This document shows, piece after piece, positions 51,858-63,755 of a DNA stretch of 64,000 nucleotides. The stretch lies in assembly GCA_003971905.1 (NCBI GenBank), contig RSEE01000034.1:186001-250000 (forward strand), given 5' to 3'. The stretch is from Moniliella sp. 'wahieum' (Eukaryota). Within the stretch, counting starts at the first letter, position 1. Each line of letters opens with the position of its first letter. The position numbers were made by a program, and so were the translations under genes. Under the pieces are notes generated by a model, which was not told where the DNA came from, made no database searches, and saw nothing but the letters and a program-made list of their open reading frames with translations.

Positions 51858-52541
51858 GGCACAGAGGATGGGTGGAGAAGCGGTGGTGGTGTGGCAACGG
51901 GCAAGGGAGAGAGATGGAGGTGGGGAAAGCAGAGCCCCCCCCACAAAACGGTCCGAGCACCCAACCCCAGTAGGGGCTGTAGTCACAATCAGTGTGTCAT
52001 CAAGCGCATGTGCTGCCTCTGGTAGGGGCGATGGCGCCCCCACATGCGAGCTCACGCGCTCAACCGAGTGCTGGGGGTACGGCCTACGATCTCAGACCAG
52101 CGCCCGGCCATCGGCGCTTGAAGCTTGACGCTTGACGCTCCGTGCTCGGTGCTCGGCGCTCGACCGTCTCTTCCCCAGTGCATTTTGATTTACTGTGGGG
52201 CTCCGCACTCAGAGGAGCCCTGTTGATGCATGATATATGATCGGTGATCCCAGGCGCTCGGGCCACCAGCCGGCCAGAGAGCGGCAGGCGGCGACCGACG
52301 CTGTGCTTGGGCAAGCGTACTGCTGCCCTGTGCACCCTTCTCCTCACATGTCACAGGTCACAGGTCACATGGTCGTTCAACGTTCATGACGTTCATGTCA
52401 CATGTCACGTGCCCTCCCCATCACACCTGCATCACCTGCATCGCCACCCTCGCGCGTCACGTGCATGCACAGCACCCCTGCCTTCAATTTCCACCCGAGC
52501 GAGCGCCGCTCGGCCACCACCGGCCACCCGTCCATGCACCC

Positions 52542-52573
<32 letters not shown>

Positions 52574-52613
52574 GCCACCAGCCCTCACCACCGCCAGCGC
52601 CAAACCTCTGCAC

Positions 52614-55600
52614 ATGGGAACGCGCATCCAGCGCACCCTCCTCCTCGCCACCCGCGCCGAGGAGGCCTATGCTGACTTTTGCGCCTCTGCCCCACCGCCA
52701 CCCGACTCCACCCCAGCCTCTCCGTCTGCAACCCGCCCACCACATGCCGGATGGTACCAACTCATCACCGACCTCCGCCTGGTCGCCACCGATCCATTCA
52801 TAACCGACTTTGATTCGCCCGGAGCGCCCTACTCGCCATCGACGCAGTTCCTTGTCGACCTCCTTGTCTCCTGCTCCCGTCTACCCGCCGATGACCAATG
52901 GCTCCTGGCCACTGCCCGCGGTCGGTACGGCGAACGAGTCGCTGCGTTCCTCTCGCACCAGCTCAACATCCATCCCCATCCCACAACCAGCTCCGATCTA
53001 CGCCCTTCGCCTCGCACCACCCTCCCTTTCAACCTTGGTTCGCCCACATCCCTACCCTCCTTGGCCAACGTACCGCCACCGCCGCGCTTCCCTTCCCTGG
53101 ACCCCCGCCTGCGCGTCTCCGCGTCCCCCTCTTCTACCGTCCAAGCAGGAGATACAAACTCCTTCGCTGTTCCCTATATGGGTGCCGCAGCGACGTTGCA
53201 GGGCCCAGCCCCCGCGTTACTGGATTCTTACCATCGCCGTGAAGCACTTATCCGTGTTCAACGAGTGGTCATTGATCGCATCCAAGAGTCACTGCAGGCC
53301 CAGGCCCGCGATGGGCTCAGTCGCACCCCATCGGACGAGAACAGCAGCAGCAGAAGGCCGGGCGCGGTCCAACGTGCTCCCTGGAGGTCCGGCTTGGAGA
53401 CGGACGGACAGTCCCGTGCGGCGGGGCGCGTCGCAGGACCCGACCGTTCTCAGCGTTCAAGCACAGAGCGATATTCGGACGTGATGGACCTTCTTGAGCA
53501 CTTATTTACGGCACAGCACGAGCGAACGATCGCTGCCAGCTCTGCGGCTGCCTCAGCTCGCAACACTACCGGTGCCGACCCAGAAATTACCCCCGTCGGG
53601 CGCTCTCGGACCCTTGGACCCTTACCCCATGCCCTATCCGGATCTAATGAGGACGTTCTATCTGCTTCCCCATCCTCCCGCTCTGCTCATCTTGAGCCAC
53701 CTGCCCACGACTCTCCGCCGCGTCCGTCCAGCCCCCTTTCATCCATGCGGACCCATCAAACCCCCTTTTCAGGCCCACCAACTCTCGACCCTCCCCCCAA
53801 TACTGAGTGGCCTTCTCAGTCCACCTCTACCTCGAGCTCACTCGTTTTGCCGGAAAATCGCAGCTTGTTGCCACCCCCTTTGCCCCAGCGTCGAACCGAA
53901 CGACCCACACCGTCCCAATCTCCCGACCCGTCCTCTGGAGGTACGGCAAGCGCAGGAAACAACTTGACTGAGGCCATTCCACCATCCCAGAGAGCACACG
54001 CTCGTTCACAGTCCCTGCAACGATTGGAGCTGGATTGGGGATCCCATTCTTCATCGACACAGTCGGGCCCAGCAACCGCCCGCCTGCGCAGTCGGCTTCA
54101 GACTCTTCCCTATCGCCACCCGCATCGCTCGGCCCACGTATACGTGGTGGATGAGGATGATCCCACCAGTGAATGGGCATTGATGCGTAAGTTTTGTTTC
54201 TATGAATTGGACGGATAAGAAAGCTGACTTTGTCTTAGGCGACGCTCAGCGTTCTTCACCACAAGTGCCCGATAGAAACACTGATCCTGACGGGGAAGAT
54301 CTGAATTTCAATCGGGAGGACATGCTGGTTCTACCCGACATCCCCGTCGCCTCGCCTCAAGGGTCGCTGGATTTTCCCCCGCCCCATTGTCCTCTCCACC
54401 GGACAATCCTCTGCCTAGAAGGGAACGGTGGCAGTTGGAAGGCTTCGCTCGAGACCTGCGGCTTCGCACCAGGCTGTCCCCTCCGCCTCTCCGACGCGGG
54501 GAAGGTACCGATGCCCTTCGACAGCAAGAAACCGAACCTTTGCTCCCTCCCTCGCCCCAACCCGAGGGTGACCTGCGTTCGACCCGGGGTCCCAGGCGCT
54601 TGCCTTCCATCACGGACGAGGACGTGCAGAACTTACGTCCGCAGGAGGGAGAGCGCCGCTTCTCCCGTGCTCCGGGAGGATACGCCCCCGGTGCACCCGC
54701 GTTGCAATCCCGCCGGACCCATAACCTGCGATATTTCAGATGGTACTCCGGTGTCAGCAAGTAGTGAGCTTCGGTCCCGAACACGGACCATGGCCGAGAC
54801 GATAGCGCAGTACCGTGAGGCGACGGCACTGTTGCAAAGCCTGCGTGTTCGGTTAAATGCGTTGGACCTGAGAGGGATGGGCGATAACCGAGCGACGTCC
54901 CAGGCAGTGGTGGAGCGCAATGTGGCGCGGCTGTCCGAACGAGGTGGCCGATCTGAGTCCCCGCCTTTGCCACCGCACACGCTCACTGGTTCTACAGCTG
55001 GGGGGCGGGAGGGGCCCTATGCCTCCCGCCAGCGCCTTGGCCGTGCAAGGACGTCGGAAGGGACTTCTTCCGTGCCTCTTGCCTCCCCGATACTGAGAAG
55101 TAGCGAACAACTCATTTCTCCCTCTGTCATACCAAACCGTCACTCCACCCCCCACCCCAGCTGACTCCCCTTCCCCCATGGCATCTCCCGCCGCTCATAC
55201 GGAAGAACAGTGCGCACCTCTCCCAGTCTGGCTGAACAAGGTACGCTCTCGCGTTGACATGGGCCAGAGGGAGGTACTACCCGCGCCGCTCCTCGGGCTC
55301 AGCATCGCGGATGGATCGTATCCCCAGCGACCATGTCTCGTGCCATGGACCTGTTCAATTATGGGAACGGGTCTCTTCCTGCATCCGTGGGAGCTTGGGC
55401 TGCGGCCATCGACTTGGTTGCTTTGCATTGGATCCTCACGGCACCACTTCCTCCTCCGTGGCAGAGTACGCAGCCGAACCCTTGCTCCGACGACCCCGAT
55501 CGGCCTCCAAAAAGCACTTATTTAGTCAATCACCCACACAGTTGGAGGTGGACCCTCTTGAGAACTTGGTCTCCGTCTCGCCCCAGTTAGCTGTGGGCAC

Positions 55601-56894
55601 GTTTACCATCTCTGGAGCGCCTTGGGAGCCACCTAGCGCCAAGGTGGAACTGCCGGAAAAGCCCACGCCGCTCTGTGCCCAAGCCACAGAGGAGTTGCTG
55701 GAGATGGTGAAGCATGGCATGACGGATCTTTGTGAAATGCCTGGGCGCGCATGGGACGCGGCGTTCGAGCTGAGTGCGTGCATGGACTTGCTCGATGGTG
55801 GAGTGCTCTGGGCTGCAACCCCACCGGGCTTGTTGGACACGGAAACAACAGCCCGTAGTGGACCGCAAATCCTTCACGACCTCGACTTGGCTTATCCAGA
55901 TGTGCGGGATGGAGTGCGTGCTGTGCACCTCGACGCTGTACCTCACGGTGTTGTGGGTGGAACGTATGCTAGCATTGCTCAAGCACATCCAAGCCCATCT
56001 TGCTCCTCCCTCGGTGGATCACGTAGGCCAACGTACGATACCGCTGCTCGAACTTACCCAGCTCCGCTTACCCGTCCTCTAGGCCGAGCCGGCGGTGGGT
56101 TACTCGAGATGCGGGACAAGAAGCAAGTGGATTCTGTCATGGATTCGACATTGGCTCTCGACCCTCACCATGGTCCTCACATCTCCATTCGGATGCGGCA
56201 AACGTTACCTCCGCGTCTCTTCTCCGTTCTGGACGATCGCAACGTTGTGCCTCTCCGACCACGGCCTCATCTGACCGATGCGTTGCCTACCATCACAGTT
56301 GCCGTCTTCTGTTCTCCCGCCACAGGCCTGGCAAAGGACCACGTGGCCCAAGCCAGCACGTGGATGGCGAACTATGAAGCGACTGAACTGACGCGTGAAG
56401 AGCAAAAGGTGAATGAGGAAGGAAGTTGCGCGTCTGGGTCTGCCAAGGGGATCTGCCCCTATGCTCTGTTTTCCTTGCTCCCGGTCATGTGGTAGCTGAT
56501 ACGGTGCAGTGGTGGGGCGGATGCGGGACATCTTCCCCCACCCCGCCCGTAGGCCCCGTAACGTCCTCGGAACGATGGAAAGCATGGGCCGCCCGCGCGG
56601 CGGCCCGTGCCGAGGGGAAAAGCACGACTGAAGAGGTGTCAAGTACCGCTACCAGTTCGGATTCCGAGCGCTCGCAAGTTTCCGTCAGTCCGCCCCTACC
56701 ACTCCCGTCTCCGGGGCTGCGCCATCCGGAGCGGGCGCAGAAATGGTGTTGACCGTCGCGGTAGCCGGTCCGGATGCGGAGGAGGTGCTGGAAGGCTTGT
56801 CGGTCGAAGTGCGAGGCATCACAGGTCGGCTTACCCGCCTCACATCAGCCCCGCCCTTTCTCTCCCGTCCGTACACCTCGCTCTTTTCTGTGTA
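52614..56894 (+). CDS. Large hypothetical, mostly disordered protein (possibly two genes)
   Basis: Chain of long + strand ORFs (52386-54218, 54202-55164, 55254-56495). Intron near 54187-54238 (GTAAGT..CTGAC..TAG). No domain confidently recognised. Confidence 0.5.
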
Positions 56895-57675
56895 GTATCT
56901 GGAAGAAGGAATGGATCGGTGATGACAAGTGCGATGGCTGTTTCTGGGACAGCTGAGATGGGCGGTATGTGCATGGAGAACTAGGGGTTAGTTGCTCACC
57001 AAGCCGATCTATCCTTTGGCCAGCCAAATGATCGATACCCTGGTTTGGAACGAGGGCGGGTGCATCTGGGTGGCCTTTTGAAGCTTGAACCTCCATGTCG
57101 ACGTTCTCCCTCTCGGCATCCTACCGCTTGGTAATAACGCAGCGCATGTCCCCGCTCCAAAATGTCAGGAATTTGCATGTGTTATTCGGACAGGTCCATG
57201 CGGATCAACTCCGTATGTCGCGATAATCATTTTCCAACTCTTGAGGCGAGGATTGAGAAGATAGCGAAGGAGCGGTAAATCGGCCGAGCCTTTGGTACAG
57301 CCGCCCCACCACTGTACCTACATGAGTCTTGGTCCGCTCTCCATACTAGTCACAGATGTCACACTTCTGAGTATGCCATCCAATTCCCACAAAGCCAATC
57401 CCTCCGACCGCGCCGGCCGCAACCTTCCGTCCCCACCTCCAGGCCCACCTCCCGACGGACGCGACGGATAACACACTGACAACGGTGGCTGCTACTACGT
57501 ATCGCCCCGTGAGAACCTCCGCCTTGGAAAGGTATTACCCACATCTCCAATCCATACTCAAAATGTTCCATTCAGGATATAGACAACGCACTCCGACGCA
57601 AAAAACATGACGAAAACAGTGACCGTCAGAAAGATTGGTTGGACCTTTCTATTAGTAGCATGCACATTTAGTGAC

Positions 57676-60024
57676 CTAGAGCTTGGACTTGCAGCAGGCA
57701 GCCCCCGCATTGGCAGGCACGGAAGCCGGGTCTTCGGTAGGCTTGATGTCCATCGCAGGGTTGCGAGGGAAGAAGAGAAATTGGGTTTGAAGTAAAATGA
57801 GACTTCATCCGAGGGCATGACAGGGAAGCTGGAGGAGAAAAGTGGAATGGGTCAGTCAAAAGAAAATAGAGAATGGGCAAGAAAGGCACATACTCCTCGG
57901 CGCGGGGCAAATGGGTAATGCCCGTTGTGAAAAAGACGACAATATCCTTGTTGCGGATGGGAGCTGTGCCATCGCCCACCCAAGCTTCGACCGTGTCGTC
58001 GGGCGTCTTGGTGGTCTGCACCAACATGCTTCCCAGCAGGGTACAGCCGGCCCTCCTCATATGGCACAGTCCACAATGCGTGCTTGGCAAATGGTGCGCG
58101 GGTGGCTAAGCTGTCCTTGTGCGCCAATAACTTGGGTTGCTGCGGATGACCAACTTGAATCCCACGGGTTTTTGGTTGGCATAGTGCTTTGTTCTCATTC
58201 ACAATCATCCACCCCCGCTCCGAGTCGGCATGCGCATCGCGCACCCCATCGCCAGTTCTTTCAAACGTCGTTGCGGTGCAATGTAGGCGTTTCCAGCCCA
58301 GTTGCGCGGATGGCCCGTGGGGTAGGGAGACGACTCCACATGTTGTTCCACCACACTGTTCAGGGGGCCATCAATGTGGGGGTCGATGCGAACGCTGTGC
58401 AAACCAGGGTTAGAGAAAAATAGGTTGGAATAGATGCGCAGGGGGGGGGCATAAACCTAAACAAGTGCTGATGGTACTGGGCGTTGATCCGGGGTGCCAC
58501 TTCATTGCCGTAGGTGGTCGTTTCCCCAGGGCCCAGAGGCGAGAGGTTGAGAATTCCGGTCAGATTGAGCTGCAACCCAGGTACCGTCAAGGAAGAACTC
58601 CCACGAAGCCTGAAACAAGATATCGTTAGCTTATCACGCAATTGGGATGGGAAGGAAACGGAAGGCGAAGTAGAGGGTGGGTCGCTTTGCATACCTTGTA
58701 CTCGTAGTTTGCCACAGTATACCGACGAAATGACAAGCTTGCGCTGGCGCACCGTGGCCCGCAGACCGCCAGGCCGGAAATCAGCATGGGTCCATGCTGT
58801 GCCGGCATTTCCTCGTGATGCAGATAGCGTTGCGAATGGTACGGAATGATCCATCGTGTTGGACCACGTGCCCATCCATGTACTCAATGCTGCCCAGGCA
58901 ATCGCACCCCAGCGACAACTCGTTGGCCAACATCCCCAGCCCGTACTCACCCACATCAAACGCAAACTTTTTGTACCAGGGGTAGGGGGGAGAGTAGGGC
59001 ACCACATCTCCGACAACGAGGCGCGATTAGAAACAACGGTCGCTCCACGGGTTTTCAGGCTGGCGCCAGGCGCTTCCGAGTCCTTGTACGAAATGGTAGA
59101 GAGGACAATACCTTCGCGCGGGTGAAAACCAACGTGGATCTTCCACTTTTGCCACTCTAGCACATTGTTTGCACGGAAAAAGGAGACGCCTTGGGGTTGG
59201 ACCACCTGGAGCGGCTTCAGATCGTCCCGGAACTCAAGCGGTTTGGTCCCTTCTGGGTTCTGTACCATTTTCGGGTGCCACTCGTGCTTTTTGCGCGGGG
59301 GGCCGTAGCGCGGACGCAAGGCTGGATCTGGCTTGGTGAAGCCAGCAGGTGGAGGCGCACTGGTAGCAGATGTGGACAGGTCGCGATTGGGGCCCTGGGT
59401 TCGCATGGGAGGGTAGTCAATTGCGAGCACCTCACCCGTGTTGCTGTCAAAAACAGGCGCAAAGTCCAGGGGATGCGCATAATGGTTATCGTCGGGGCTC
59501 CCAAAACGGGCATAGCAGTACGCCTCTTGAAGACGACGGCCGGGGAAGCGTGTGTCCCACCCAACGCACCACCCATCGGCATAGAGCTGGTGCGGCTCAA
59601 CACCAATTTCCTTCAACGCTTCGATCACCATAGGCGACTTGCGCAGCACTTCCTCCGCCTGGTCCAGCTCTTCAACCGTAAGCGTTGGCTGGACCCCCTC
59701 GGGCAGGAGCACGACGTGGTACACTGTGGCTTCGGGTGCCGACGGTGGGAGGGTGATGTACAGTTCGTATGCGCGGCCACCAATGGCATCAATAAGGTGC
59801 AGTTCGACTTGCCGCTCAATCTTGGTCTTGGGTTTTTCGGCAGCGCCTCCGGGCCATCGAAGGTACTCGATCACTGCGTTCTTCTCGGGCTCTTGCAAGT
59901 AGACATTGGTGATCTTGAAGGCCTTGAGGTGGAGCTGCTCGACGGCATGCTTCTTGGCCACCGCGGTGGCTGCCAGGATCTCGGCGGGCGTGGGCGGGTC
60001 GAGGGGGTGGAAGGGCAGCGACAT
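57676..60024 (-). CDS. Copper/TPQ amine oxidase, peroxisomal (PTS1 -SKL)
   Basis: HPLDP, NHYAHPLDF, WQKW..HVGFHPREG, AFDVGEYGLG, LGCDCLG, TPQ consensus YTVANYEY, Cu ligands YHQHLF and GITHLP, C-terminus ..AACCKSKL*. Introns ~58694-58610, ~58457-58397 and ~57892-57830. Frameshifts present. Confidence 0.95.
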
Positions 60025-60627
60025 GGTGGTGTGGGGGGGGGGGAGGGGGCGGCGATTAGGGGCACGAAGAACGGAGTAGATATATAGGCGGCACGGCGCC
60101 CGCCTGGTACCACAGAGGACGGATGGCCGGCCTGGAACGGCAGCCCTCCCGGCCAAACATCCGAGCGTATCTGTCTCTTTGGGGCTGGCGGGGTGGAGTT
60201 AGCTGCTTGCAGGCACAGCTACTATTAGATACTCAACCAGTGCTCAGCTACGTTGAGATTGGGATGATCGATGCTGGATGCTTGATGATAATGACTAGCT
60301 AATGACTAGACTGCCGACGGCCAAAGGCACAGCGGGCGCCGATTATCGCGGCACCCCACCTAGCGCACGGGGCCACTCTCAGCGCGCTTAGCGTTTCCCA
60401 TGCACCCGGAGTTATTAGCACCCCCTATTTGAACATTTAGCACCAGGCACCCTACGTAAGCAGCCACGGCGACACGGTGCGCGCAAACGGAAGAAGGAAG
60501 AAGGGCCGTGCGCCCCGTCGGCGCTTTTGCGGTCCCAGTGTCGTGTGCCGCCCAGAATTAAAAGGGCGGCCAGGCGCATGCGGCAGCTGCCCATCCCCAT
60601 CTCCTTCCTCACCCCCCTCGTCTCCTC
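60025..60627. promoter_or_regulatory. Bidirectional promoter between amine oxidase and formaldehyde dehydrogenase
   Basis: Head-to-head ATGs 603 nt apart. TATATA near 60081. GATAA at ~60286 and TTATC at ~60343 (GATA-factor-like). Confidence 0.6.
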
Positions 60628-61859
60628 ATGTCGACTGTTGGCAAGCCCATCCAGTGCACCGCCGCCGTTACCTGGGGTCCCGGCGAAGACGCCAAGATCG
60701 AGCAGATCACCGTCGACCCGCCCAAGGCTGATGAGGTCCGCGTCAAGGTCGAGTACACGGGCGTCTGCGAAACCGACCGTTTTGGCGGGTCGGGCAAGGA
60801 CCCCGAGGGAGTCTTTCCTGTTGTTCTGGGCCACGAGGGCGCTGGTGTGGTCGAATCGGTAGGGGAGAATGTGGACAATGTCAAGGTCGGCGACCATGTC
60901 ATCCTCCTCTACACGGCCGAGTGCCGCAAGTGCAAGTTCTGCCTGTCGGGCAAGACCAATCTGTGCCAGGCTGTGCGTGCGACCCAGGGCCAAGGCCTGA
61001 TGCCGGACCGTACAGTTCGCTTCCACGCTCAAGGTGTGTCTTCCCCCCCTGTCGCTCCTCCAACCCCCCTCTCACTTGCTGTAGAATGGTCCATTAACAT
61101 TCTCCTTTTTCCTGTGTTTGACAGGCAAGGACATTTTCCATTTCATGGGCTGCAGTGCATTCAGCCAGTACACGGTTGTGAGCAAATATTCGCTGGTGGC
61201 TGTGGACCCCAAGGCGCCTATGGACAAGATCTGCTGCTTGGGTGCGGTGTGACGACCGGATGGGGCGCAGCGGTCAAGACGGCCAAGGTGGAGGAAGGCA
61301 GCACTGTGGCAGTCTTTGGGATTGGCTGTGTCGGTCTGGGCGTGATTGATGGTTCGGTGTTCCAAAAGGCCGGGCGGATCATTGCGGTCGACATCAACCC
61401 CAAGAAGGAGGCATGGGCCAAGAAGTTTGGCGCGACTGACTTTGTCAATTCGGCCGCTCTGTCCGAGGGCAAGACCATCACTGACCATCTCATTGAGATG
61501 ACCGATGGTGGACTGGACTACACGTTTGACTGCACAGGCAACGTCAAGGTGATGCGGGCCGCGTTGGAGGCGTGCCACAAGGGCTGGGGCGTCAGCACCG
61601 TCATTGGTGTCGCCGCCGCAGGCCAGGAGATCAGCACACGGCCGTTCCAGTTGGTCACGGGACGCAAGTGGCAGGGCAGCGCGTTTGGGGGCGTCAAGGG
61701 CCGCACCGAATTGCCGGGCATGGTGGAGAAGTACCTCTCGGGCCAATTCAAGTTGGACGAGTACATTACCGACTCGACCGACATTGACAACATCAACGAC
61801 TCGTTCAGATCATGACGGGAGGTGAATCGATTCGATGCGTTGTGACGATGCACAAGTAG
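60628..61859 (+). CDS. S-(hydroxymethyl)glutathione dehydrogenase / class III ADH (glutathione-dependent formaldehyde dehydrogenase, Sfa1/Fld1-like)
   Basis: [107 protein letters not shown]. Intron 61034-61124. Frameshifts near 61230 and 61807. Confidence 0.96.
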
Positions 61860-62230
61860 ACGCAGCCCGCCCGAATATCCACCCCTCATCTCAATTTATC
61901 TAACCACGTATGTTCCCAACTTTACAGGCTCTCATGCTTTTTAGTCTATGCTTATAGAGGCCGCAGGAGATTGGGGCCGATTAGCGGTTAGCGCTTAGAC
62001 AACTGCGATGACGAAGAGGCGCCTTAAGACTTTAGGCTGATTTGGCCTCATTGTGGATGATGATGCAAGAACGTGTAGAAAGGCATGTGGTCGATGGGTC
62101 CGGGTAGGTCTGGACCACTTGCTACTTATGCGGACAGGTTCTGCATTGCTAAAAGCAGATAAGGGGGTCTGGGAATCAAATGCATCATGTATTAACAATA
62201 CCATGCTCTCGGGGTCATGCACACAGCGAT

Positions 62231-63755
62231 CTAGAACGGATACTTCTTGCGGTCGGCATCCTTATCATCACCAGCCCGTTCTTGAGCTGCTCCTCGTGTT
62301 TGGCGTCGAGAAAAGGCAAGACGTGGTCGACGTACAAATCACCGCCCTTGTACCAGCGCACATCGTCCGGCCAGCAGCGCATCGAAGAAGCCAAGCGACC
62401 AGGCACACCCACTCGTCGACCATAGTGAGAAAGGGGACGATGTACGTGCGCACGGTAAACACAATCGCCTCTGATTTGGGAAGCGACGGAGAGATTGCCG
62501 TTCAGTACGCATGACCAGGTGCTCGTAAAAGCGCTGCTGCTCTGCTTCCGACGATTGAGCATGATGAGCTGCACTGATGGCCATCGGATCGTACCCCGGC
62601 CGGAGCAATCGGGTTGGGATCGTGGCTCTCCTTGGTAGTTTGGTCATAGTACTCTTCCCGCCCGTTCATCAAGCTTCCCCAGTTGATTTCTGCCGGGTCG
62701 GGCATCTCCTTTCCGCCATACGGAAGGGAGGCCAGGTCGTACGCGCTCGACTCGCCCTTGGGACAGAGTTGCAGAAAAAGTTGTTGCGGCTGATAATGTC
62801 GTCGGGGTCATGCGGGCAAAGTACTTGTCCATAGGACCCTGCAGCTTGGCCTTGTACTGCGGTACACTGCCTTCATATGCAGCTCCTGCAGTGTCAGCCC
62901 CAGTTTGTCGGACAGACGCCAAAAGCCGGCCGTGCACGCGCTCCCGCCAATCACTTGGAACTGATCTCCGCGGGTCGGGTCGCGATCAAAAGGAACGTGT
63001 CGTCCGGTTGAGGCTGCCGACCATCTCGAGTGATCCCTCAGGGTGGTAAGGTCGTACACCTCTTTCAATTCACCTGCCCGCTCCACCGTGTCGTTCCCTT
63101 ACCCGTCAAGATAGGCAGGCAAGACGTGCAGCCGAACCGCCACTTGCTCGCCCGACGAAGAGCTGTGCTCTAACCGAAAAAGTCAGGGTATTTGGTACTC
63201 AACCAATGGCCATGCCCAATCTCCAGAAACGGGCCTCGTGCCGGCCATCGTCACTGGCAAAATGGGTTGGCATTTTCCGGCATGGTCTGTTGCCGCCACC
63301 GACGCAAGGTGTGTGGTACCGAGGAAAGTGACGGTCCAGCCTAAGCCAATCCGACCAGCCGACCTTGACAAGGCCCATGTTGATAGGGTAAATGGGACCC
63401 CAGCGGAACGGACGGTACTTGAACGTTCGGGAATGTCGGATGCACCCCGGGCTCTACCTCGCCTTCCCATGCGAACTTTTGCTGGACTGGCCATAGGAAC
63501 AATGACATAGATACGTTAGCGTTTGGGTTTTTGGTTCCAGCCAAAATACAGATCCGGAAGACGGGAGCGTACCTTAGGATCCGAGGCAAGAGCTGCGACG
63601 GGCTTCTTGACTTGCTGTTGGCGTTGGGCAAGCTGTTGCGCAATCAGCAGGGCGATGGCAGCGACGAGAGCAACCAAGACGGCATGCTTGCCATGCGCCT
63701 CGAACAGGGGCACGAGACTGCTGGCGCTGGTGGTGCTGTTGGCGATGACACTCAT
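62231..63755 (-). CDS. DUF3445 / heme-dependent oxidative N-demethylase alpha-subunit-like protein with N-terminal membrane anchor
   Basis: Stitched across frameshifts: hydrophobic AVLVALVAAIALLIA; intron from 63572; YRPFRWGPIYPINMGL..WSDWLRLD; ACTAGFWRLSDKLGLTLQELH; VPQYKAKLQGPMDKYFARM..RNNFF; MRTERQSLRRFP..IVFTVRTY; VPGRLASSMRCWPDDVRWYKG; ends ..DRKKYPF*. These match the fungal DUF3445 pattern as I recall it. Confidence 0.88.
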
